A stretch of DNA of 64,000 bases from an uncultured Gemmatimonadales bacterium (GTDB lineage: Bacteria > Gemmatimonadota > Gemmatimonadetes > Longimicrobiales > Gaopeijiaceae): the NCBI GenBank assembly GCA_963809895.1, contig CAWELD010000003.1:2304001-2368000 (forward strand), read 5' to 3'. The position numbers and the translations under genes are program-made. Below are positions 56,063 to 64,000 of the stretch, piece by piece. Below the pieces are notes generated by a model, which did not search any database, was not told the origin of the DNA, and saw only the letters and a list, made by a program, of their open reading frames with translations. How positions within the stretch are numbered: the first letter of the stretch is position 1; each line of letters begins with the position of its first letter.

Positions 56063-57724
56063 ATGAACCGCATGCGCACGCTCGCCGCTGCCGCCTTTCT
56101 GGCGGCTGTGGCCGCCGGTTGCCGGGAGGCCCCGGAACCCACGGAGACCCCCATGGAGTCGACCTTCCAGGACAAGGTGGAGCAGTACGCCACCGTCCGA
56201 CTCACCGCCGACCTGAGCAAGCTCTCCGACGGGGATCAGGAGGTGGTTCGCCACCTGATCCAGGCCGTGGAGCCCATGGACGACGTCTTCTGGCACGAGG
56301 CCTGGGGCGACAAGAGCGCCCTCCTGGCCCGTGCGGGCGACGACCAGTGGCTGCGCCGGTACCTGGAGATCAACTACGGGCCGTGGGATCGGCTGGCCGA
56401 CAACGAGCCCTTCCTGGAGGGGGTGGGCCCCAAGCCCGCCGGCGCGCGCTTCTATCCCGAGGACATGACGGACGAGGAGTTCGACGCCGCCGCTGCGCAG
56501 GACTCGACCCTGCGGAGCCTCTACACCCTGGTGCGGCGCTCCGGGAACGGGGCGCTGGTGCCGGTACCGTACCACATCGCCTTCTCCGACCAGCATGCCA
56601 CGGCCGCCAACCATCTGAAGGCCGCGGCCCAGGTGGCCACGGACCCGGGCCTCAAGCGCTACCTGCAGCTCCGGGCCGAGGCGCTGCTGACCGACGACTA
56701 CCAGGAAAGCGACCTGGCCTGGATGGACATGAAGAACAACGCGGTGGACGTGGTCATCGGTCCCATCGAGACCTACGAAGACCAGCGCTACGGCTACAAG
56801 GCGGCGCACGAGGGCTTCGTGCTCATCAAGGACATGGACTGGAGCGCCCGCCTGCAACGCTTCGCCGCCCTGCTGCCCGATCTACAGCGGGCACTTCCGG
56901 TGGACGAGGCCTACAAGCAGGAGACCCCGGGCACAGACTCCGACCTGAACGCCTACGACGTGGTCTACTACGCCGGTGACGCCAACTCCGGCGCCAAGAC
57001 CATCGCCATCAACCTGCCCAACGACGAGGAGGTCCAGCTCGCCAGGGGCACGCGGCGCTTGCAGCTCGAGAACGCCATGCGGGCCAAGTTCGACAAGATC
57101 ATGGTGCCCATCGCCGACGAGCTCATCGCCGAAGACCAGCGCCAGCACGTCACCTTCGATGCCTTCTTCGCCAACACCATGTTCCACGAGGTGGCGCACG
57201 GCCTCGGCGTGAAGAACACCATCAACGGCCGCGGAACGGTGCGTACGGCGCTGCGCGAGCACGCCTCGGCCATGGAGGAGGGCAAGGCCGACGTCCTGGG
57301 TCTGTGGATGGTGACCCAGCTCCTGGACCAGGGCGAGATCACCCAGGGCACGCTCGAGGACTACTACGTCACCTTCCTGGCCGGGATCTTCCGCTCGGTG
57401 CGCTTCGGGGCCGCCGACGCCCACGGCCGCGCCAACATGGTCCGCTTCAGCTACTTCGAGGAGCAGGGAGCGTTCACCCGCGACGAGGCCACGGGCACCT
57501 ACCGGGTCGACATGGACCGCATGGGCCAGGCCGTCGACGGTCTGAGCGACCTCCTCCTGACGCTCCAGGGCGACGGCGACTACGCCGGTGTGGACCAGCT
57601 TCTCACCGAGAAGGGCGTGGTGCCTCCCCAGCTCCAGACCGATCTCGACCGGCTGGCCGACGAGGGCATCCCGGTGGACGTGGTCTTCGAGCAGGGTCCG
57701 TCGGTCCTCTTCGGCGGGAACTGA
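56063..57724 (+). CDS. Dipeptidyl peptidase III (M49)-like Zn hydrolase lipoprotein
   Basis: Lipobox AAG-C; NYGPWDRL, FYPEDMT, IGPIETYED, AINLPND, HEVAH and EEGKAD. Confidence 0.85.
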   Translation: MNRMRTLAAAAFLAAVAAGCREAPEPTETPMESTFQDKVEQYATVRLTADLSKLSDGDQEVVRHLIQAVEPMDDVFWHEAWGDKSALLARAGDDQWLRRYLEINYGPWDRLADNEPFLEGVGPKPAGARFYPEDMTDEEFDAAAAQDSTLRSLYTLVRRSGNGALVPVPYHIAFSDQHATAANHLKAAAQVATDPGLKRYLQLRAEALLTDDYQESDLAWMDMKNNAVDVVIGPIETYEDQRYGYKAAHEGFVLIKDMDWSARLQRFAALLPDLQRALPVDEAYKQETPGTDSDLNAYDVVYYAGDANSGAKTIAINLPNDEEVQLARGTRRLQLENAMRAKFDKIMVPIADELIAEDQRQHVTFDAFFANTMFHEVAHGLGVKNTINGRGTVRTALREHASAMEEGKADVLGLWMVTQLLDQGEITQGTLEDYYVTFLAGIFRSVRFGAADAHGRANMVRFSYFEEQGAFTRDEATGTYRVDMDRMGQAVDGLSDLLLTLQGDGDYAGVDQLLTEKGVVPPQLQTDLDRLADEGIPVDVVFEQGPSVLFGGN

Positions 57725-57781
57725 CCCCCGGGCTGGCCACCGCGAACGGCGTCGGCGCGAAGGTCCTGTCCCGAACGAGGC

Positions 57782-58183
57782 TCAGGCCGCCATGAGATCG
57801 GCCAGTGTGCGCCGCTCGAAGAACCGGATCACCGGCGCGCTGGCCTCCTTCCAGGCCCTGTGGGCCGGGCAGGACCCCACCTCGGAGCAGGCGCCCCTGC
57901 CCAGCAGGCAGCGGCGCCGCTCGTCGAGGCCGTCGAAGGGCTCCACCACGTCCAGCAGTCGGATCGAGCTCGCGTCGCGGGCCAGCCTGAAGCCTCCGCT
58001 CCGTCCGCGGTCCGAGAGCAGCACGCCGGCGCGTGCCAGGTCCCTCAGGATCTTGGACAGGTAGTTGGCCGGCACGTCCAGTGCCTCGGCCACTGCGGCC
58101 GCGGACACGCTCTCGTCCTCCTCGCCCTGCAACGCGATGTAGAGGACCGCGTTCAGCGCGTATCCCGCCGTCTTCGAGATCAT
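57782..58183 (-). CDS. Rrf2 family transcriptional regulator
   Basis: YAL..V, YLSKIL..L and S.RGRSGGF.L motifs, plus C-x6-C-x5-C-x2-H. Confidence 0.92.
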   Translation of the reverse strand: MISKTAGYALNAVLYIALQGEEDESVSAAAVAEALDVPANYLSKILRDLARAGVLLSDRGRSGGFRLARDASSIRLLDVVEPFDGLDERRRCLLGRGACSEVGSCPAHRAWKEASAPVIRFFERRTLADLMAA

Positions 58184-59608
58184 TCAGCTCACTCCGCCCC
58201 TGGTGAGTCGCTTGGTGAGGCGGTAGAGGAACTCCTGCCCCTCGTGGAACCAGTCCACCCGGATGCGCTCGTCCTGCCCGTGGGCACGCACGTCGTCCAC
58301 GTCGCCGAAGAGCCCGCTCACGCCGTACGTGGGTATACCCGCGTTGCGTAGCATGAGTCCATCCGTGGCACCGGTGAGCATCACGGGTACCACCGGGACA
58401 CCCGGCCACATCTCGCCGGTGACCTCCTCCACCGCGTCCATGAGCTCGGGGGTGAGGGGCGACGGCGGGCTCGGTCGGGCCCTCCCCTGCGGGGTCACCG
58501 TCACTTCGGATCCCGCCAGCTCCTGCAGGCGCGTGTGCACCAACTCCGGGTCCTCGTCGGGCAGCAGGCGGCAGTTGACCGTGGCCGTCGCCCGCTGCGG
58601 CAGCGCATTGGGCGCGTGACCACCCTCGAGCATGGTGGCGACGCAGGTGGTGCGCAGGCGACTGTTGTAGCCCGGCTGCTCGGACAGCACGGCCGCCGCC
58701 CGCTCGTCACCCGGGTCCGCCAGGATCCGCTCCATGGCGTCGCCGTCCCGACCTCCGACGATCTCGGCGGTGCGCCCGAAGTAGGCGCGGGTCACCTCGT
58801 TGAGCCGCACCGGGAACGCGTGGTCGGCCACCGCCAGGAGCGCCTGCGAGAGATCGTAGATGGCGTTCTTGCGAACCGGCAGTGAGCTGTGCCCGCCGGG
58901 GTTCGTCGCTTCGAAGGTGAACGACAGGTACATCTTCTCGCTGGCCTGGACGTTGTTGGACAGCCGGCGACCGTCCTGCCACGAGCCGCCCCCGCCTTCG
59001 TTCAGCGCGAAGCCCGCGTCGATGAGGTCGCGGTGGTTCGCCAGCAGCCACGACACCCCGTTGTTGCCGCCGCCCTCCTCGTCGGCGGTGAGCGCCACGA
59101 TGATGTCGCGGTCGGGCACCCAGCCCTCTTCCTTGAGCCGGATGAGGTTGGCCAGGTGGATGGCCGCCTCGTCCTTGTCGTCGGTGGTGCCTCGCCCGTA
59201 GTACCACCCGTCCTGCTCCACGAAGGTGAAGGGATCCAGGTTCCAGTCCGCGGGATCCGCTGGCACCACGTCGATGTGGGCCAGCAGGAGCAGGGGCTCC
59301 AACGAGGGATCCCGCCCGCGATAGCGCACCACGAGGTTGCCACGCAGCGGCGCCGATCCCCCCAGAAAGATGTCCTCTTCGGGAAAGCCGGCTGCCCTGG
59401 CGTGGGCCGCCATCGCCTCGGCGGCCGCCGTCGTGCTCCCGCTGGGAGCGTCGGTGTTGATCTCCACCAGCTCCCGCAGGAGGTCCCTGGCGACACCCCG
59501 CCACCGCTCCGGGGGCTGGGGAGGCGCGTCCTGCGCGGAAGCCCCCGCGGGGACGAGGATCAAGGTGAGCGAGAGGAGGGCCGCGGTGAAGCGAGGGGCG
59601 AGCGTCAT
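58184..59608 (-). CDS. M20/M25/M40 family peptidase, exported
   Basis: Signal peptide (ASA-Q); AHIDVVP, GRGTTDDK, ADEE, NEGG, GGHSS, GATDG and AHGQDER. Confidence 0.92.
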   Translation of the reverse strand: MTLAPRFTAALLSLTLILVPAGASAQDAPPQPPERWRGVARDLLRELVEINTDAPSGSTTAAAEAMAAHARAAGFPEEDIFLGGSAPLRGNLVVRYRGRDPSLEPLLLLAHIDVVPADPADWNLDPFTFVEQDGWYYGRGTTDDKDEAAIHLANLIRLKEEGWVPDRDIIVALTADEEGGGNNGVSWLLANHRDLIDAGFALNEGGGGSWQDGRRLSNNVQASEKMYLSFTFEATNPGGHSSLPVRKNAIYDLSQALLAVADHAFPVRLNEVTRAYFGRTAEIVGGRDGDAMERILADPGDERAAAVLSEQPGYNSRLRTTCVATMLEGGHAPNALPQRATATVNCRLLPDEDPELVHTRLQELAGSEVTVTPQGRARPSPPSPLTPELMDAVEEVTGEMWPGVPVVPVMLTGATDGLMLRNAGIPTYGVSGLFGDVDDVRAHGQDERIRVDWFHEGQEFLYRLTKRLTRGGVS

Positions 59609-59789
59609 GGCGCGAATCCTGAGGACCTGGAACGAGTGGTGGCCCGGCGCGGCGGCGCACCGGCGGCGCCAACATAGGCCGCGAGGGCGGGCCGAGGAAG
59701 GCACCACGGCCCCGGCTTGCGAAAGGGCGCGCCCGAACCCCATGGTCAGGTGCTGTTCCCACTTCCGTTCACCGCTGGAAGGCCAGCCC

Positions 59790-60737
59790 ATGCGTACCCT
59801 CACTCTCCTCTCCGCCCTCCTCTTCATCGCGGCCTGCTCCGGCGGCGAATCCGGCGACGACCGCGCGCCGGCGACCGCTAGCGACCCGAGCCTCGAGCAC
59901 ATCGAGATCACGGGCTTCTCTGCACCGGAGTCGGTGCTGCACGACGCCGCGGCCGACGTCTACCTGGTCTCCAACATCAACGGGAACCCACTGGACAAGG
60001 ACGACAACGGCTTCATCAGCCGGGTCACGCCGGACGGGCACATCGAGACCCTCAAGTGGATCGACGGGAGCGGCTCGGGCGTCACGCTCAACGCACCCAA
60101 GGGGATGGCCATCCTGGGCGATACGCTGTACGTGGCCGACATCGACTGCGTCCGGTACTTCGTGCGGACCACCGGCGCGCCGGCGGGCTCGCTGTGCCTC
60201 GCCAACGCCACCTTCCTCAACGACATCGCGGTGGACCACAACAACGTCCTCTACGTGACCGACATGGGCATGAAGGCCGGCGAAGGCGGCATGACGGCCT
60301 CCGGGAGCGACGCCGTCTATCGCTTCCAGCCCGACGGTCGCTACGCCACCTTCTCCAAGGGACGCGAGCTGGGCAATCCCAACGGCATCGCCTTTCACGG
60401 GGGGCGCGGGCTGGTGGTGACCTACGGGAGCGGCGAGATCTATCAGTTGGCACCCGACGGCTCGACGCAGACCGTGCTCCCGGGCCGGGAAGGGCGCCAG
60501 CTCGACGGCATCGTCTTCATGGAAGACGGGGGATTCCTCTTCTCGAGCTGGGGTGACCGGGCGGTGCACATGGTCACGCCCTCGGGCTCGGTCACCCGGG
60601 TGCTCGACGACGTGGAGTCGCCGGCCGACATCGGCTTCGACGCCCAGCGCCGCCGCGTCCTGGTGCCGCTCCTCAACCTCGACACCGTGATCCTGCAGGA
60701 GCTGCCCGCCGACAGCGCGCAGGATCAGGGCATGTAA
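59790..60737 (+). CDS. SMP-30/gluconolactonase-like beta-propeller lipoprotein
   Basis: Lipobox IAA-C; PESV, YLVSNING, DDNGFISR, APKGM, FLND, PNG, LDG and PADIGFD. Confidence 0.82.
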   Translation: MRTLTLLSALLFIAACSGGESGDDRAPATASDPSLEHIEITGFSAPESVLHDAAADVYLVSNINGNPLDKDDNGFISRVTPDGHIETLKWIDGSGSGVTLNAPKGMAILGDTLYVADIDCVRYFVRTTGAPAGSLCLANATFLNDIAVDHNNVLYVTDMGMKAGEGGMTASGSDAVYRFQPDGRYATFSKGRELGNPNGIAFHGGRGLVVTYGSGEIYQLAPDGSTQTVLPGREGRQLDGIVFMEDGGFLFSSWGDRAVHMVTPSGSVTRVLDDVESPADIGFDAQRRRVLVPLLNLDTVILQELPADSAQDQGM

Positions 60738-60738
60738 A

Positions 60739-61509
60739 GTGCCCCGGCGAGTGGAGGCCGGCACGGCGGGATTCAAGGACCACTTCTCCGGTGTCGCCCG
60801 GGACTACGCCCGCTACCGACCCACCTATCCCGAGGCCCTGTACGCCTGGCTGGCGGAGGTGGCCCCCCGGCGCGACCTCGCCTGGGACTGCGCCAGCGGA
60901 AACGGCCAGGTGGCCCGAGGCCTCACGCCGCACTTCAGGACCGTGGTGGCCTCCGATGGCAGCGCCGCCCAGCTCCGCGCCGCCGAGCCCGGGTCGTATC
61001 GTCGGGTGGCGTGCACGGCGGAGGCCGCCTGCCTGCGCGAGGGCATCGCCGATCTCATCACGGTGGGCCAGGCCACGCACTGGTTCGACGTGGAGCGCTT
61101 CTACGGGCAGGCACGCCAGGTGGCCCGACCCGGCGGCGTGCTCGCGCTCTGGTCCTACGCGCTGTGCAGGATCACGCCCGAGGTGGACCGGCTGGCCGAC
61201 GAGCTCCACGACGACATCCTGGGCACCTGGTGGCCGCGGGACCGCCACACCGTGACCGACGGCTACCGTTCGCTGCCCTTCCCCTTCGAGGACGAGATCG
61301 CCGCGCCCGGCTTCGCCATGGAGCAGCAGCTCAGCGGAGAAGACTTCCTCGGCTATCTGGGCACCTGGTCGTCCATGTCGGCCTACAGAAAGGCCACCGG
61401 CGAGGATCCGCTGGACACCTTTCGCCCCCGCCTGGAACGGGCCTGGGGCGGCCTCGAGCGCGTGCGCACCGCGAGCTGGCCCTTCGCGCTGCGTGTGGCC
61501 CGCCTGTGA
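60739..61509 (+). CDS. Class I SAM-dependent methyltransferase
   Basis: FKDHFS, YARYRPTYP, AWDCASGNGQ, QATHWFD and YLGTWS; start uncertain. Confidence 0.88.
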   Translation: MPRRVEAGTAGFKDHFSGVARDYARYRPTYPEALYAWLAEVAPRRDLAWDCASGNGQVARGLTPHFRTVVASDGSAAQLRAAEPGSYRRVACTAEAACLREGIADLITVGQATHWFDVERFYGQARQVARPGGVLALWSYALCRITPEVDRLADELHDDILGTWWPRDRHTVTDGYRSLPFPFEDEIAAPGFAMEQQLSGEDFLGYLGTWSSMSAYRKATGEDPLDTFRPRLERAWGGLERVRTASWPFALRVARL

Positions 61510-61524
61510 CCGCCTGCGCGCCGA

Positions 61525-63981
61525 TCATTCCTCCCGCAGAGCCACGGCAGGGTCGGTGCGGGCGGCCCGCAGGGCCGGTAGCCACGCCGACAGCACCGCT
61601 GCGGACAGCAGAATCGCGAACACGCCTCCCATGACCGTGGGATCCCAGGCCGAGACGCCGAAGAGGAGGCCCGACAGCAGCCGCCCCGCCAGCACCGCGC
61701 CCGCCAGGCCCGCCAACAGCCCCGTGCCCGCCATCCGTAGCCCCTCTCCCAGAAGCAGCCGACGTACGCGGCCGGGACCCGCGCCCAACGCCAGGCGCAC
61801 GCCCATCTCCGCCCGGCGCCGCGCCACGGCGTAGGACATCACGCCGTAGATTCCGGCCGCGGCCACCAGGAGGGCCGTCACCGCGAAGGCCAGCAGCAGG
61901 AGCGCGTTGAAGCGGTCCTGGGCCGTCGCCCGGGCGTACTCCTCGTCCAGGGTCGTGACGGCCGACAGGGGCAGGCTGGAATCCAGTCCGGCGATGGTCG
62001 CGCGGACCCCCGCCAGCACGCTCCGCGGCGGCACCCGCGTGGCCACCAGCAGATGCAGGAAGGTGGTCGGGGCCTGCCGCTGCGAGAAGTAGAAGGCATC
62101 GGGTGCGTCCGCCCGCAGACCCGCGAAGCGGACATCGCCCACGACCCCGACGATCTCCCACTCCGCGGGTGCGGAGGCGTCCCACATTCCCTGCATGGTG
62201 GTCATGCGAATCCGGCGTCCGAGAGGGTCTTCGCCGGCGAAGTTGTCGTCCACGAAGTCCTGGTTGACCACCACCACGCCCGGGGCGTCGGGCCCGTCGT
62301 CTTCGGTGAAGGCGCGACCCCGCAGAAGAGGAATCCCCAGCGCTTCGAAGTACCCCGGCGACACGGGCCGGAAGTAGGCCCCCGGCTTCTGCCCCGGTTC
62401 CGGGGCAGGCCTGTCCGTCACCGTGAAGGTCTCGGTCCAGCTCGCGCTCAACGGCGTGTCGTACGCCACCGAGGCCGAGGTCACCCCGGGCAGGGCCTCC
62501 ACCGCCGCCTCCAGCCTGTGCAGGAAGTCGCTGGTTTCCAGCCGGTCGCCGTAGCCCTGTGACGGCAGCAACAGCTCCACCGACAGCAGGTCCCGGGTGC
62601 GGGCGCCCAGGTCCACGGCCCGCACCGCGAGGAAGCTCCGCACCAGGAGGCCGGCCCCCACCAGGAGCGTGCACGCGAGCGCGAGCTGCCCCGCCACCAG
62701 GACGCGAGCCGTACGTCCACCGCCGCTGCCGGCGGTTCCCCGGCCCCCGGCCTTCAAGGCCTCGGTCATGCGCGGCCGGGCCCCGCGCAGCGCCGGCAGC
62801 AGCCCCACCACCACGCCGGCGACCAGCGCCACGCCCAGGGTGAAGAGCAGCACATGGCCGTCCACCCCGATGGACGACTGCCGGGGCAGATCCTCGGGCA
62901 GCATGGCAAGCAGCACGTCGAGTCCTCCCGACGCCAGCACCAGCCCCCCGACGCCGCCGGCGAGCCCCAGCAGGACGGCCTCCAGGAGACCGAGGCGCAC
63001 CAGCCGACCCGCGCCGGCGCCCACCGCGGCGCGCACCGCCATCTCCCGACTGCGGTCCAGGGTGCGCGCCAGCAGGAGGTTGGCCAGGTTCGCGCACGCC
63101 ACCAGAAGGACCAGGCCCACGGCCCCCAGGAGTATGAGGAGGTCGCGCCGGGCATCCCCCAGCACCACGGTGCGCAGCGGCGCCACGTCCGAGGTGATGC
63201 CGGTGTAGGTCTCGGGGTGGCTCTCCGACACCGCCCGGGTCAGGGCGGCGAGGTCCTCGGAGGCGGCTTCCAGTGACACGCCAGGCTGCAAGCGGCCCAG
63301 GGCCACGAACACGTGGGACTGGTATCCAGACGCCCACCCGGGCTCCAGATCCAGAGGCACCCAGGCCATCCGTTCCCGGTCGCCGGGCGCCAGGCCCAGC
63401 CCGTTCAGCGTCACCGGCAGCGCGACCGGCGGCATGACGCCCACCACCTCCCAGCGCTCGCCGTCGGCCACGATGCCACGCCCGACGATATCGGGATCCG
63501 CGCCGTAGCGCTCCCTCCAGAGCGCGTCACTGAGGATCACCACGCGATGCCGGCCCTGGCTCTCTTCGGGTCGGAAGACGCGGCCGAGCGCCGGGAGCAC
63601 GCCCACCACGTCGAAGTACGACGCCGTCACCTGAACACCATTGACGCGCTCGGGATCGAGCCCCGCCTCGGTGAGGTTGAAGCTCCAGCCACCCAGAAGG
63701 GCCATGTCCTGGAACGTTCGATTTCCCTCGCGCCAGTCGCGGAACACGCCTCCCGTGGTCCGGAAGGGGCCACCCCCCTGGCTCGAGCGGTCCTGCGCCA
63801 CCACCAGGCGCTCCGCCTCCGGCATGTCGAAAGGACGCAGGAGCACCCCGTTCACCACGCTGAAGATGGCCGTGTTCGCCCCCACCCCCAGCGCCAGCGT
63901 CACGATGGCGCCCACGGTCAGCGCGGGACGCCGGCGCAGCCCGCGCAGCGCGTATCGTAGATCCATCCACCAGCTCTCCAT
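61525..63981 (-). CDS. Duplicated MacB/FtsX-type ABC permease (ADOP family); may extend past the window edge
   Basis: DLRYALR, TLALGVGANTAIFS, CANLANLLLAR and RRAEMGVRLALGA; the frame stays open upstream of ATG 63981 to the edge. Confidence 0.92.
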   Translation of the reverse strand: MESWWMDLRYALRGLRRRPALTVGAIVTLALGVGANTAIFSVVNGVLLRPFDMPEAERLVVAQDRSSQGGGPFRTTGGVFRDWREGNRTFQDMALLGGWSFNLTEAGLDPERVNGVQVTASYFDVVGVLPALGRVFRPEESQGRHRVVILSDALWRERYGADPDIVGRGIVADGERWEVVGVMPPVALPVTLNGLGLAPGDRERMAWVPLDLEPGWASGYQSHVFVALGRLQPGVSLEAASEDLAALTRAVSESHPETYTGITSDVAPLRTVVLGDARRDLLILLGAVGLVLLVACANLANLLLARTLDRSREMAVRAAVGAGAGRLVRLGLLEAVLLGLAGGVGGLVLASGGLDVLLAMLPEDLPRQSSIGVDGHVLLFTLGVALVAGVVVGLLPALRGARPRMTEALKAGGRGTAGSGGGRTARVLVAGQLALACTLLVGAGLLVRSFLAVRAVDLGARTRDLLSVELLLPSQGYGDRLETSDFLHRLEAAVEALPGVTSASVAYDTPLSASWTETFTVTDRPAPEPGQKPGAYFRPVSPGYFEALGIPLLRGRAFTEDDGPDAPGVVVVNQDFVDDNFAGEDPLGRRIRMTTMQGMWDASAPAEWEIVGVVGDVRFAGLRADAPDAFYFSQRQAPTTFLHLLVATRVPPRSVLAGVRATIAGLDSSLPLSAVTTLDEEYARATAQDRFNALLLLAFAVTALLVAAAGIYGVMSYAVARRRAEMGVRLALGAGPGRVRRLLLGEGLRMAGTGLLAGLAGAVLAGRLLSGLLFGVSAWDPTVMGGVFAILLSAAVLSAWLPALRAARTDPAVALREE

Positions 63982-64000
63982 CCCCCCACCTCCCTGTTCG

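Overview
Gene-dense, very GC-rich (about 70% by eye) chromosomal segment from a diderm bacterium. It encodes lipoproteins, MlaEFD, an OmpA-family protein and a probable beta-barrel fusion. The expanded PadR plus duplicated-permease cassettes, orphan hybrid kinases and beta-propeller lipoproteins suggest Gemmatimonadota or an Acidobacteriota-like lineage; this is inference. About 49 CDS tile the window. Housekeeping genes include nfo, fumC, trxB, a YumC-type FNR, rho, thyX, gdhA, an SSADH, a glycerate kinase and a DAK2-DegV fusion. There are five peptidases (M1, M20, M28, M49, M50) and a lipoprotein serpin, three orphan hybrid histidine kinases, and four duplicated MacB/FtsX-type 'ADOP' permeases, three of them coupled to PadR genes. 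I found no rRNA, tRNA, CRISPR array, transposase, integrase or prophage. Top leads: (1) a ~990-aa protein directly behind gdhA with pseudo-receiver, receiver, PEP-synthase-type ATP-grasp and probable phospho-His swivel domains but no pyruvate-binding barrel, a candidate dikinase-type signalling enzyme; (2) an M1 aminopeptidase fused to an Omp85-like barrel; (3) a recurring internal Shine-Dalgarno plus start codon just ahead of the permease core in the ADOP genes; (4) a symmetric bidirectional -10 element with two start codons 18 bp apart. All calls come from motif reading without database searches, and many start codons were re-picked by eye.
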